From a virus (Duplodnaviria; Caudoviricetes), in IMG/VR virus record IMGVR_UViG_3300036768_000681, positions 1-63,901 of that record: 63,901 nt of DNA; one strand, written 5' to 3'. Position 1 is the stretch's first letter. Each line of letters begins with the position of its first letter. The notes beneath the pieces are model-generated. The model was not told the DNA's origin. It was given only the letters and a program-made list of their open reading frames with translations, and did no database searches. Positions 46,335-56,754 of the stretch are shown piece by piece. Made by a program: the position numbers and the translations under genes.

Positions 46335-47032
46335 GTTTTAAAAACTTTCTAAATTCCAATCTTAAAACTTATCTAATTAAGTAGTAAAATCCACTCAATC
46401 AGTAGCATTGCAAACATTAATTCAATCACATAACAAACTTAATTTTGAGTAGCATAAATTTACAGAAACTTAACAAAACTTGATAAAAAAGTAAAGATAA
46501 AATCGCACTCAAATTTCATACCATCAACACTCTACTCTCTCAATCAATGTTATAACATTATTTCGTACTCCGATTAATTCGGTCTCCGATGTAATTTTAA
46601 TTCACTAAAACATTACAAACATTACTTAAGTATTACTCAAACATTGGTAGCATCATTAATAATTTTCGTGGCATCATTAACTATTTGGAATTTCGAAGTG
46701 TTTCTAAATTGGAAACAGTTCAATACTACAAACTCAAACATTAGTAGCATTCCAAACATTCCAAGCAGTAGTATTATTACAATCATTAGTAGCATTGGGT
46801 ATAGCGGTTTTGGTTCAGAAAAATTGGTAAAAGTGATGCGTAACCCCCTCTCACAACACAACTAAAATTTTTAAATTACGATATAACACAAATTCAGAAA
46901 TTTTTGTTTAGTTTTAGATTGTCTTGTTAACGGGGATTAGTCACTTGAGAACTTTGGATTTGTTTTTGTATTAGTCATCTTAGCATCACTGGGTTAATAA
47001 AACTTTGCATTGAGAAGCATTTTACATTGAAC

Positions 47033-47255
47033 TTGTTGACATCACTAAGAGATTATCACTTTTCATTGGTAGGCGTAGTTTGCCATTAGAGGCTGTTGCT
47101 TGATTTTTCAGAACCAACTGGGTTTTTCGCATAGAACCCAGCAACGGGCTTGCAGATGCGGCGCACCAAAGGATTAGTGATCTGCAAGTCGACCACAGAG
47201 CCTTGATATGGGCAGAACTATTACTCGATGGTCAATAACATAATTTCAAAACTTT
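47033..47255 (-). ncRNA. Candidate structured ncRNA
   Basis: GC-elevated non-coding segment with nested helices downstream of a consensus minus-strand promoter. Confidence 0.5.
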
Positions 47256-47260
47256 GTGCG

Positions 47261-47289
47261 AATATAATAAAAACTAATTCACTTGTCAA
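47261..47289 (-). promoter_or_regulatory. Sigma70-type promoter facing a non-coding region
   Basis: TTGACA(47289-47284)-N17-TATATT(47266-47261). Confidence 0.65.
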
Positions 47290-47418
47290 GTCCTTCTTAA
47301 ATCGTGCTACGCAAATGTTGTAAATTACTTCTTTTTGTGTTATTTTAGAATAAATTATGAAAGGTTTTTATGTGCAGTCCACACAACAAAAATAAACTTA
47401 CAAATACAGGAGACTAAA

Positions 47419-47721
47419 ATGGCACACTTTGTCAATAAAGAATTTCAAAAATTATGCAAACAAAAAGGCATTGACAATCAAGATTTTATAAATGCAATTA
47501 CTTTTGACATATACTTATCAATTGCTTTGAACACATTTTATGTTGACATCACAAAAACCGAAGAAAACTTTGAAAAGCTTGATAGCGATTATAATGGGGC
47601 TGAATGCAGTTATAAAGGTGAAAATATTTCCTTCGGCGACTATATCAAACAAAAATACGGCGAAAAGTATTACAACTTTTTACTTGACTTATCCACTGGA
47701 AAATTTAAAGTCAGAACATAA
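47419..47721 (+). CDS. Hypothetical protein
   Basis: AGGAGAC RBS before ATG 47419. Confidence 0.6.
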   Translation: MAHFVNKEFQKLCKQKGIDNQDFINAITFDIYLSIALNTFYVDITKTEENFEKLDSDYNGAECSYKGENISFGDYIKQKYGEKYYNFLLDLSTGKFKVRT

Positions 47722-47733
47722 TGGAGACTGAAA

Positions 47734-49242
47734 ATGAAAGTCAATAAAATCTATCAGGGCAATTCCTTAGAAATACTTAAAACATTTGAAGATAACTCCA
47801 TTGATGCAGTTGTAACCGATCCACCTTATGGATTGTCAGACCATAAAGAAAGCAAAATTAGAGAAACACTGCAGAAATGGTTAAGCGGTGAAGATGATTT
47901 TATCCCTAACGGCAAAGGATTTATGGGAAAAGAATGGGATGCCTTTGTGCCACCACCTGCTTTATGGAAAGAAGTTTATAGAGTAATGAAGCCAGGTGCT
48001 CATATTCTATGCTTTGCAGGGACACGAAGTGTTGATTTAATGACACTAAGCCTTAGACTTGCTGGATTTGAGGTAAGAGATACTTTAGTCTGGGCATATG
48101 GGAGTGGATTTCCCAAATCATTAAACATTGGAAAAGCAATTGATAAACTTCTTGGAAATGAAAGAGAAGTTATAGGACATATAAATACAAGTTATTTGAA
48201 AACTCTTAATGAGGAAAGAGTAAAGCAAGGTTATAGACCTAATGTATCAAAATTATCTGGAGAAATAACAAAAGGTAATTCCGAATGGGAAGGCTGGGGC
48301 ACTGCTTTAAAACCTGCAATTGAGTTTATCATCTTAGCTCGCAAACCTTTGTCAGAAAAAAATGTTGCTGAGAATGTTTTGAAATGGGGAACTGGTGGGT
48401 TGAATATTGATGGATGTAGAATTCAACATAATGACCCACTAAAGTTAACAAATAGAAATCCAAATAGCACTTTTACGAAATTTGCCGAAAAAGTTGGCTG
48501 GCGTGCTGGCTATAAACAACCTACTAATATAGCATCCGCATCCCCGCAAGGTCGCTTCCCGAGTAATTTTATAATCCAATGCAATTGTGATGAAGTGGTT
48601 GAAGGAAAAGAAACAGGGAAATTTAGAACAGGTTCTATAAGACATCATTCAATTTGGAATAGCACTAAAGGAAATGGTATCAAATGTAATGCACCTGATA
48701 ATTATGGCGATAAAGCAATAATTCACACTAACCCCGAATGCCCGTGTTTTATGTTAGATGCTCAAAGTGGGATAAGTAAAAGCATTAGAAGTTATCGTGG
48801 CATACAATCTAAAGGTTATTCCGCAGGGATTGAGTGGAGAAGAGCAGGCATTGAAACAAATACAATTCGTGGACATAATGACACAGGCGGTGCTTCCCGC
48901 TTTTTCAAACAAATTACATTTGAACCTGAAGATTATTTGCCTTTTTACTATTGTGCGAAGGCAAGTAAAAGTGAAAGAAATTTTGGTTTAGAAGGAGAAG
49001 TCAACAGACACCCAACACTTAAGCCGATAAGATTATGCCAATATCTCGTCAAGCTCATCACTCCACCAAATGGAATAGTTTTAGACCCGTTTGCTGGAAG
49101 TGGATCAACTTTAATCGCTTGCAAAAAACTTGGATTTAATTTTATCGGGATTGAACTTAATCCTGAATATGTTCTAATCGCCGAAAAAAGGCTTCAAGCC
49201 GTTGAACCAAATTTATTCAATGAGGTAAACAATGGGGCGTAA
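47734..49242 (+). CDS. N6-adenine/N4-cytosine DNA methyltransferase (beta class)
   Basis: TDPPY near N-terminus; HPTLKP and LDPFAGSGST near C-terminus. Confidence 0.92.
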   Translation: MKVNKIYQGNSLEILKTFEDNSIDAVVTDPPYGLSDHKESKIRETLQKWLSGEDDFIPNGKGFMGKEWDAFVPPPALWKEVYRVMKPGAHILCFAGTRSVDLMTLSLRLAGFEVRDTLVWAYGSGFPKSLNIGKAIDKLLGNEREVIGHINTSYLKTLNEERVKQGYRPNVSKLSGEITKGNSEWEGWGTALKPAIEFIILARKPLSEKNVAENVLKWGTGGLNIDGCRIQHNDPLKLTNRNPNSTFTKFAEKVGWRAGYKQPTNIASASPQGRFPSNFIIQCNCDEVVEGKETGKFRTGSIRHHSIWNSTKGNGIKCNAPDNYGDKAIIHTNPECPCFMLDAQSGISKSIRSYRGIQSKGYSAGIEWRRAGIETNTIRGHNDTGGASRFFKQITFEPEDYLPFYYCAKASKSERNFGLEGEVNRHPTLKPIRLCQYLVKLITPPNGIVLDPFAGSGSTLIACKKLGFNFIGIELNPEYVLIAEKRLQAVEPNLFNEVNNGA

Positions 49243-49603
49243 ATCAACTAAAGATTTAGATAAGAAAAAAGTTTTTCTCGAAAGATATGGTGATCCGTTT
49301 AATTATCATCTTGACATCTCAAAAATTTGTGCTTCTCTTAATATGACAAGAGATGATTTTGAATACTGGTGCGACCACGATAAAGAATTTGTTAAGAAAC
49401 TTGAGAAAGCAAAAAAAGTAGCAGTCGACCACCTTTTAGCTCATTATATCACTTTATTTCAAAATGGTAATATGAACGCTGGCGAATTTATCTTAAAAAT
49501 GTTAGACCCGAAAAGATTTGGTATCAACGAAAAAGACAAAAACTCAATCGCAGATTTAGTAAGAGAGGTAACCGATGCTGTCAGTCGCAGAAGACCGAAT
49601 TAA
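49232..49603 (+). CDS. Terminase small subunit
   Basis: HTH-like N-terminus, GN..A..F.LK; directly before terL. Confidence 0.65.
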   Translation: MGRKSTKDLDKKKVFLERYGDPFNYHLDISKICASLNMTRDDFEYWCDHDKEFVKKLEKAKKVAVDHLLAHYITLFQNGNMNAGEFILKMLDPKRFGINEKDKNSIADLVREVTDAVSRRRPN

Positions 49604-51077
49604 AAAATATGGCGATCATATATTAGACAAACTCCGTGACCCGTTTTTCTTTATTCAAAAAATCTTAGGAGTAGAAAAACTTACAAAACAACAAAAGATG
49701 GTTATTGAAAGTGTCTGGAGTAATAAGTTTACTGGAGTAAAGGCGGCACACTCAGTAGGTAAAACTTTCTTAGGTGCTTGTATCACACTTGCTTACATTG
49801 TGCCAAATCCAAATACAATTGTAATCACAACCGCTCCTACAATGAGGCAAGTAAAAGATTTGCTATGGGCTGAGATAAATTATTTGTATCAAAAAGCTAA
49901 ATATCCACTCGGTGGTAAAATGTTGACTGTGAGATATGAATTAGCTCCTAAATGGTTCGCTGAGGGACTTTCAACAGACCCTGGTAAAGAGGAAGTTTCG
50001 GCAGTTAAACTTCAAGGTTATCACGCAAATCACATTTTAATAATTCTTGACGAAGCCGTTGGTATACATCCAACTATCTGGGAAGCAATTGATGGTATTA
50101 CAAACTCTGAAAATGCTAAAGTATTAGCAATCGGAAACCCATCAACAACTAATTGCGTGTTTTATAAAAATTTACAAACTGAGGAATGGAACTCTCTAAC
50201 AATATCTGCTCTGGAACATCCAAATGTTAAATACAAAAAAGAAATTATTCAAGGTGCTGTTAGTTATAAGTGGGTAAAAGATAAAATTCGTAAATGGTGC
50301 GTGCCTTATACAAAGCATAATGAAAAATTAAAAACATTTGAATTTGAAAATGTGATTTATAAACCTAATTCTTTATTCTTGTGGAAAGTCTTAGGCGAAT
50401 TCCCATTAGATGAAGCAGAAAGATTTATTTCTGTTGATTTAATTGAAAGAGCAATGCAAAGAGGACGCATACAAGGACTTGAAACTGAAATTAGAGATAT
50501 GGCAATTGATGTTGCTCGTTATGGTGGCGATGCTTCAGTAATTGCTGTTAACATTGGAAATAACTTTGAAGTGTTTAAGTATTTTGATTTAGACTTAACT
50601 GGAATCGCAACTGAAGCAATAAAATTAATCAAAAAATATAAACCGCATAAAGTAGGTGTTGACTGCGATGGCATCGGAGCTGGTGTATTTGATATTATAA
50701 ATGAACAATTAATTCACGATAACATTAAAGACGAGAGTAATAATGTGATAACTTTTGATTTATATGAAATTCATTCCTCTGCTAAAATGCAATCAACTGA
50801 TGACACGACTGAAAAGTTTGCAAATCTTAAAACTCAAATGTGGGCTCAGTTAAAGAAAGATTTAGATTATATTAAACTTCCAGATGATGATGACTTAGAA
50901 GAAGAATTAAATGCTCCTAAAGTAAAAGTTGATAGATTTGGAAAAACCATTCTGGAAACAAAAGATGAAATTCGTAAAAGAATTGGACGCTCTACGGATA
51001 TTGCTGATGCTGTTGTATATTGCAACTGGCTGAAATATATTGAAAATAAAAATTTGAAATTCTTCTTTATTGATTAA
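49575..51077 (+). CDS. Terminase large subunit
   Basis: AAHSVGKT Walker A, ILDEA Walker B, GNP, DVARYGGD, RS.D.ADA. Confidence 0.9.
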   Translation: MLSVAEDRIKKYGDHILDKLRDPFFFIQKILGVEKLTKQQKMVIESVWSNKFTGVKAAHSVGKTFLGACITLAYIVPNPNTIVITTAPTMRQVKDLLWAEINYLYQKAKYPLGGKMLTVRYELAPKWFAEGLSTDPGKEEVSAVKLQGYHANHILIILDEAVGIHPTIWEAIDGITNSENAKVLAIGNPSTTNCVFYKNLQTEEWNSLTISALEHPNVKYKKEIIQGAVSYKWVKDKIRKWCVPYTKHNEKLKTFEFENVIYKPNSLFLWKVLGEFPLDEAERFISVDLIERAMQRGRIQGLETEIRDMAIDVARYGGDASVIAVNIGNNFEVFKYFDLDLTGIATEAIKLIKKYKPHKVGVDCDGIGAGVFDIINEQLIHDNIKDESNNVITFDLYEIHSSAKMQSTDDTTEKFANLKTQMWAQLKKDLDYIKLPDDDDLEEELNAPKVKVDRFGKTILETKDEIRKRIGRSTDIADAVVYCNWLKYIENKNLKFFFID

Positions 51078-51091
51078 ATTAGGAGGTGGAT

Positions 51092-52591
51092 ATGAATGTT
51101 TTGAAGAAAATGCTACTTAAAACTGCAGGCGTGCTACTTGATATGGTAGACGCAAAAAAATTCAAAATCCAATTCGGAGATTATTTTAATGCTTATACTC
51201 AAAGTGATAAAATCTCCAGTTGGGTATTTGTCTCAATGGATATTCTTGGCAAGTATTTTGCGAAGGCAAATTTTAGAGTTTATAAAAGAACCGAAAATGA
51301 TTTGATTGAATTAAAAGACCATCCGATTAATCAAATCTTTAGAAATCCAAATCCTTATCAAACTTTTTGGAGCATAAAATATCGCTGGGCATTTCACTTG
51401 GCTTTATATGGAAATAGTTATCTTCTGAAATTAAGAAATAAACTTGGTGTGCCTTCGGCGGTTATTCAACTTAAACCTTTTAATGTTGAACCTATAATCG
51501 AAAATGGAGTTTTGAAATACTATAAATACAAAAATGGTGGACAGGAATTAACACTTAAAAATGAAGATGTTATTAATTTAGTTTATCCTGACCCTGATAA
51601 TGTTATCATTGGTAGACCAATTATAAGCAACATTTTAGACCAAGTTGAAGTCGACCAATTACAAACTAAGTATCAAAAGCAATTTTATAAAAGTGGAGGC
51701 TTCTTAGGACAGACATTTGTAGCTCATAAAGAGCTTTCTAAAACTACTTTTGAAAGAATGCAAGAAGAATTACAAAAGAGATATGGTGGCGGATACGAAA
51801 ATGCTTATAAGGTGGCATTACTTGAATTAGTTGAACCTGTAAAGGCGGCGTATTCGATTAAAGATATGGAGCTTACTATTCAAAGACAACTTAGCCGTGA
51901 AGAGATAATGGCGGCATTCCAAATTCCAAAAATCTTAGCTGGTATCGGTGAAAATATCAATCGTGCTACTGCTGAAGCATCAATTTACCAATTTACAAGT
52001 GGCGTTGTAGATCCGCTCTGCAGTTATTTTGATGAGACTTTAACTAAATCTTTTGCATTAGATTTTGAAGGTGGCGAAAATCTTGTAATTGAACACGACC
52101 CACTTGCTCCGAAAGATACTGAAGCAAATATCAATTATTACAAAAATGGATTAAATGATGGCTGGCTTACTTTGAATGATGTTAGAGAATTGGAGAGTTA
52201 TCCTAAATATGATTTTCCAGAAGCTGATATACCAATCATTGCTCTTAATCGTGCTCCGATTGATTTTTATAAAGATGCTCAAAACAAAAAGAAAGATTTT
52301 GTTATGGAAACTAAAGCTTTAAAAATTCAAACAATTATTTTTGATAAAAAGTTCTTTACTCTTGAAGAAGCAAGAAAATGGATTAAAGACCACAAATTTC
52401 AAGATAATGGCGTAGATGAAACTGAGAATTCATATCGGTTTAGACAATTAGACCCTGAGCTATTTGATCCAAATAGCTTTAGAACCATTGTGCTTACAGA
52501 AGGCGTAAAAGCTGTTGTTGGTAAACTTAAAGGTTTTAAGAATATTAGTGCTATTGACTATTTGAAATTTGCTAAAAATTTTTTAAATTAA
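51092..52591 (+). CDS. Portal protein (HK97 family) with C-terminal extension
   Basis: HP...NPN.YQT, L.GNSY, AFQIP, NRATAE, GWLT.N.VR..E. Confidence 0.88.
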   Translation: MNVLKKMLLKTAGVLLDMVDAKKFKIQFGDYFNAYTQSDKISSWVFVSMDILGKYFAKANFRVYKRTENDLIELKDHPINQIFRNPNPYQTFWSIKYRWAFHLALYGNSYLLKLRNKLGVPSAVIQLKPFNVEPIIENGVLKYYKYKNGGQELTLKNEDVINLVYPDPDNVIIGRPIISNILDQVEVDQLQTKYQKQFYKSGGFLGQTFVAHKELSKTTFERMQEELQKRYGGGYENAYKVALLELVEPVKAAYSIKDMELTIQRQLSREEIMAAFQIPKILAGIGENINRATAEASIYQFTSGVVDPLCSYFDETLTKSFALDFEGGENLVIEHDPLAPKDTEANINYYKNGLNDGWLTLNDVRELESYPKYDFPEADIPIIALNRAPIDFYKDAQNKKKDFVMETKALKIQTIIFDKKFFTLEEARKWIKDHKFQDNGVDETENSYRFRQLDPELFDPNSFRTIVLTEGVKAVVGKLKGFKNISAIDYLKFAKNFLN

Positions 52592-52621
52592 AATAGTAAC
52601 ACACAATTAATGAGGTTTGCT

Positions 52622-53401
52622 ATGGAAAAGAAAATTTTAACCTTCTACAATGTAAACAAAGAATTTAACGAAAATGAAAAGTCAGTTGTTCATTATATTA
52701 CAACTTCTGCGAAAGATAGATATGGTGACATTGTTAATACAACGGGGGCTGATTTAAGTAATTATGAAAAAAATCCAATTGTGCTTTTTAATCACAATCC
52801 AAACTGGGTAGTTGGCAGGTCACTCTGGCGTAAAAATGATAACAATGGAATTTTAGCAAAAACAAAATTTGCAACAACTGATTTTGCAAATGATGTTTAT
52901 CAATTATACAAAGAAGGTGTAATGAATGCGTGGTCAATTGGATTTATTCCTGACTGGCAAGAAGCTGTTGATTTAGGTGATGGATATTTGTTTAACAAAT
53001 GGGAGCTTGTAGAATACTCAGCGGTGTCAATTCCTGCAAATCCTGATGCTATCACTATAGGGAGATCGATTGTTAAAAGTTATGAAGGAATTAAATTAAT
53101 TGAAGAGCTTGAATTTAGGAATAAAATTGAAGAGCTTTTACAAGAGAATAAAAAGACACTTGCTGAGATTGAAAATTTGAGAAAGACAATTGATAGTATT
53201 AAATCGAATGCTGAAAGTGATGAATTGAAATTAATGCAAGAAAGTATTTTAGAACTTAATTCTAAATTTGAGCAACTTGAGAAGTTTATTAAAAAGGATG
53301 TTACTCAAAAGGCGGGGATAGTAGGCAATGGTGATTTGACAAAACTTGTCAAGGAAGCTGTTGCTGGAGCTATTAGTCAAGTTAAAGGTAACATCAATTA
53401 A
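52622..53401 (+). CDS. HK97-family prohead protease
   Basis: DRYGDIV, LFNHN, WSIGF, EYSAVSIPANPDA. Confidence 0.9.
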   Translation: MEKKILTFYNVNKEFNENEKSVVHYITTSAKDRYGDIVNTTGADLSNYEKNPIVLFNHNPNWVVGRSLWRKNDNNGILAKTKFATTDFANDVYQLYKEGVMNAWSIGFIPDWQEAVDLGDGYLFNKWELVEYSAVSIPANPDAITIGRSIVKSYEGIKLIEELEFRNKIEELLQENKKTLAEIENLRKTIDSIKSNAESDELKLMQESILELNSKFEQLEKFIKKDVTQKAGIVGNGDLTKLVKEAVAGAISQVKGNIN

Positions 53402-53434
53402 CGATGTTAAACTAATTTGAATATGGAGGTAAAG

Positions 53435-54520
53435 ATGGAAAATCAAGCAACATATAATTTCACTGCTGATGAAATTAAGTCTATTATCACAGCTTCTGTT
53501 TTAGAAGCTTTTAAACAGAGTAATGCGACAAAACCTGATGTGAAACTTGAATCTGAAGAGAAAAACCCGACTACTGCGTTTTCTAAGTCTTTGAAGAATG
53601 CTTATAATTTACTTATCGGCAAGGCGGCAAATCCTATGACAGAAGGAACTGCGCCCGATGGTGGTTATTTAGTGCCTGATGTTACAAAACCAAAGATTTT
53701 AGAATTGCTTGAAACTTATGGACAGGCAAGAAAGCTCTTTACAATTATGCCGATGGGGAATAATCCTGTAATTCATATTCCAAAAGTAAATACTGGTGCG
53801 ACTGCATATTTTGTTAATGAAGGTGCAACAGCAACATCTTCGAAACCTACTCTCGGCCAGCTTACTTTGACGGCGAAAAAATTGGTAGGTATTGTAGCTG
53901 TGTCACGAGAGCTTATGGAAGATGCCATTGTAGATGTTAGTGATTTTATAATAAATCAACTTGCTAAAGCAATCGCAAAGAAAGAAGACGAGGCTTGCTT
54001 CTCGGATGCTACCCCATTTACAGGAATTTTCAGCACTGGCGTCACAGCATCTGATTTTGGTCATTCTGCTGATTTATCTGGTAACATATCTAACTTAAGT
54101 TATGATGTTTTATTAGATGCCGTTTATGGATTAGACCAGTCACTCTTAACTGGCGCAAAGTGGGCAATGCACAGAACGATATTTGCAAAAATCCGTGAAT
54201 TAAAAGATAGTAATGGTAGACCTTTAATTTACGATGCTAATGCTGGTAATCCTGCAACACTCTTTGGTTACCCAGTTGTGTTAATTGAAAACGCACCTGC
54301 GGTTTCTGGAACACTTGCATCTAAACCTTATGTTGTCTTTGGTAATTTTGAGAATAGTATTTTTGGTGTCAGAAGTGAAGTTACTTATGAAGTAAGTAAA
54401 GAAGCAACAGTCGATGGCACATCACTCTGGCAGAATGGTTTAGTGGGCATCTTGATGCAGGAAAGGGTTGCATTTAACCCAGGGCTCTTGAAAGGTTATT
54501 CAGCAATATTTGGAGCATAA
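53435..54520 (+). CDS. Major capsid protein (HK97 fold)
   Basis: DGGYLVP, S.EL.ED, LKDSNGRP, LFGYPV, FGNF. Confidence 0.9.
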   Translation: MENQATYNFTADEIKSIITASVLEAFKQSNATKPDVKLESEEKNPTTAFSKSLKNAYNLLIGKAANPMTEGTAPDGGYLVPDVTKPKILELLETYGQARKLFTIMPMGNNPVIHIPKVNTGATAYFVNEGATATSSKPTLGQLTLTAKKLVGIVAVSRELMEDAIVDVSDFIINQLAKAIAKKEDEACFSDATPFTGIFSTGVTASDFGHSADLSGNISNLSYDVLLDAVYGLDQSLLTGAKWAMHRTIFAKIRELKDSNGRPLIYDANAGNPATLFGYPVVLIENAPAVSGTLASKPYVVFGNFENSIFGVRSEVTYEVSKEATVDGTSLWQNGLVGILMQERVAFNPGLLKGYSAIFGA

Positions 54521-54526
54521 TTTAAC

Positions 54527-54545
54527 GGGGGCTTTTGCCCCCTTT
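54527..54545 (+). terminator. Terminator after capsid gene
   Basis: GGGGGC-tttt-GCCCCC-TTT. Confidence 0.7.
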
Positions 54546-54554
54546 AGGATTTAT

Positions 54555-54704
54555 ATGACTAAATGTTTAGTAAAATTCATTAAAGATTATGGTAAATACA
54601 AAGCAGGTAATGTGATTGTAATCAATTACTCAAAGTATTTTGAGTTAAAGAATTATGTCATCTTGCTTAAACTTTACACTGATTTAGGAATTATTAAGAA
54701 ATGA
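54555..54704 (+). CDS. Small head-associated protein
   Basis: VKFIKDY..YKAG.V motif; position after capsid gene. Confidence 0.45.
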   Translation: MTKCLVKFIKDYGKYKAGNVIVINYSKYFELKNYVILLKLYTDLGIIKK

Positions 54705-55282
54705 TAAGTATCTTTGAATTCAAACAATTTAATAAGCTTGACCAGACTAATGTTGAGCTGGATAATTTTATTCAATTGCTAATTGACATTGCGGTTGATA
54801 ATGCTATTAATTACTTAAATTATGATTTTAGAAAAAATGATTATGTTGAAGTATATGATGGTGATAATACTGACCGATTGATTTTGAATAATTATCCAGT
54901 AAATAGTGTGTTGAGTATTGCTAAGTATGATAGTTTGACGGGAAATTTCAAGACTTTAGTTCAAGGGGTTGATTATTCAAGGCTTGTGATTAAAGACAAA
55001 ACAATGGTAATTCTTGAAGGTGGTTTATTTGAAGCTGGTAATCAAAACTATCGAATTAATTATAATGCTGGTTATGATGATAATGATTTGCCGAAAGATA
55101 TTAAACTTGGACTTTTAGAGCTTGCAAGTTTATATTTTAATGAAAGCTCACAAGGACAGGGAATGTTGTTTGTAATTCAAAAGAATAGACCTCAGATGGG
55201 AATGACAGAAAATTTTGATAAAAATGCTGAGCAAAGAATTTTCGATACAAGATTTCAGAAATATCGCAGGTATAATGTATGA
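54701..55282 (+). CDS. Head-tail connector protein
   Basis: L.NYPV.SV, Y.AGY....LP.DIK. Confidence 0.75.
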   Translation: MISIFEFKQFNKLDQTNVELDNFIQLLIDIAVDNAINYLNYDFRKNDYVEVYDGDNTDRLILNNYPVNSVLSIAKYDSLTGNFKTLVQGVDYSRLVIKDKTMVILEGGLFEAGNQNYRINYNAGYDDNDLPKDIKLGLLELASLYFNESSQGQGMLFVIQKNRPQMGMTENFDKNAEQRIFDTRFQKYRRYNV

Positions 55283-55776
55283 GTGAGATTTTGAAAGCGA
55301 TTGAAGATTGGTTTGATCAGGACTTATATCAATCTATTATTCAGAATTTTGATGCAAGTGGAACGCCAAAAACAATCTGGGGCGGCGGTGGAAGTCAATT
55401 GCTTTTGAAATCTAAAAGGCTTGCGAATTCGTGGCTTGGTAGTTCAAGTGATAGTATTACAAAAAAGACAATCACTGATAATAAAGTTATCTTTGAAAGA
55501 TATACTAAGGTGCCTTATGCAAGACTTCACGAATATGGCGGGGAAATTGCGGTTACTCCAAATATGAGACGATATTTCTGGATGCTTTATTTTCAACATA
55601 AAGGGACTGAGCTTGGTAATGCAGCAAGACGAGTAGCTTTGTTTGGAAATGTTTTGAAATTCCCATCGAGAGCTTATTTGAGACCAGCAATTCAAAAAGC
55701 AATCGAAAAATTGCGTGAAAGGATTAATCAAGGTTTAAGATATGAAATTTTGAAAGATTTTAAGAATGAGAAATGA
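55279..55776 (+). CDS. Virion morphogenesis/tail completion protein
   Basis: VPYARLHEYGG...PSRAYLRPA. Confidence 0.7.
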   Translation: MSEILKAIEDWFDQDLYQSIIQNFDASGTPKTIWGGGGSQLLLKSKRLANSWLGSSSDSITKKTITDNKVIFERYTKVPYARLHEYGGEIAVTPNMRRYFWMLYFQHKGTELGNAARRVALFGNVLKFPSRAYLRPAIQKAIEKLRERINQGLRYEILKDFKNEK

Positions 55777-56176
55777 AATTTTAAATACTTTGAAGACTGA
55801 TTTATTAAGACTTGAGAAAGTTAAAAATGTGTCATTTAGGGCTTTGTCTTTAGATGAAATTAATTATTCAAATACTCCATTGGTAATGATTTTTGCTTTG
55901 AGTGAAGATATTAAGAGATTTGAGAATTCAAGAATTTCGACTTTTGAAATCGGAGTTAGTTGTGTTTTATATGCTGATGACAGAAATCCTGATAAATTGA
56001 AAGATACTATTGAGATTTTTATTGAAGATGTGAAAAAGTGGATTGATGGTGATTTAGATTTGTATAAGATTGATGGAGTTGAATATTTTGACTTAATTAA
56101 AATTTCACCAGTATTTAATGCTGGTGATGATTTAGGAATAGTAGAATTTATTTTTCAAATAGTTTATGTTAACTAA
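55766..56176 (+). CDS. Tail terminator protein
   Basis: Synteny and size. Confidence 0.5.
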   Translation: MRNEILNTLKTDLLRLEKVKNVSFRALSLDEINYSNTPLVMIFALSEDIKRFENSRISTFEIGVSCVLYADDRNPDKLKDTIEIFIEDVKKWIDGDLDLYKIDGVEYFDLIKISPVFNAGDDLGIVEFIFQIVYVN

Positions 56177-56190
56177 TAAAGGAGGTAATT

Positions 56191-56736
56191 ATGCCTTGGT
56201 CAATAATAAGAGATAAAGGTGCCATCACGAAATATGGTGGTGGTGTTATTAAAATTTTAGAAGTAGATGATAGCGGAACTCCTGTAAGTGGTGCAACTGC
56301 GATTGATTTAGGTTACATTCAAGAAACCGTGTTTTCAGACCAAACAGAAACCGAAGCAGTAAGTGATGAGACAGGGAATAAAGTTCAGGAATTCGAAGGA
56401 CAGCGAAATGTTAAACTTACTGCGACTTTGATGCAAACAAATAAAGAAGTGCTTGACCTTGTAAAAGAAGTCAGAGGAAAATACTATCAAGTATATTACT
56501 TGTCAAGCAAAAATATAAATGGTAAAGCCCAAGAGATTGTATTTGCTATTGGTAGGATTAAGCCTGCTATTGAATTGAATTCCTTGCAGAAGCGAGTTCC
56601 GATTGAAATCAACTTCTTAAAGAATGAAGCCACAATCCATGTTAATACAGACACAATTTATGGTGGATATGCTGATGGAGTAAACATTCTTGCTGGCGAA
56701 TATTACACAATTGTAGAAACTGCTCCTATACCATAA
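56191..56736 (+). CDS. Major tail protein
   Basis: Strong RBS, DLGYI motif, synteny. Confidence 0.6.
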   Translation: MPWSIIRDKGAITKYGGGVIKILEVDDSGTPVSGATAIDLGYIQETVFSDQTETEAVSDETGNKVQEFEGQRNVKLTATLMQTNKEVLDLVKEVRGKYYQVYYLSSKNINGKAQEIVFAIGRIKPAIELNSLQKRVPIEINFLKNEATIHVNTDTIYGGYADGVNILAGEYYTIVETAPIP

Positions 56737-56754
56737 TAAAAACTTGATGAGGTT

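Noticed and set aside
46637-46865. Overlapping 73-74 aa ORFs on both strands
   Set aside because: No RBS, non-ATG-like starts and repetitive composition in a repeat tract.
47734-49242. Restriction-modification system
   Set aside because: No adjacent restriction endonuclease; an orphan phage methyltransferase is ordinary.
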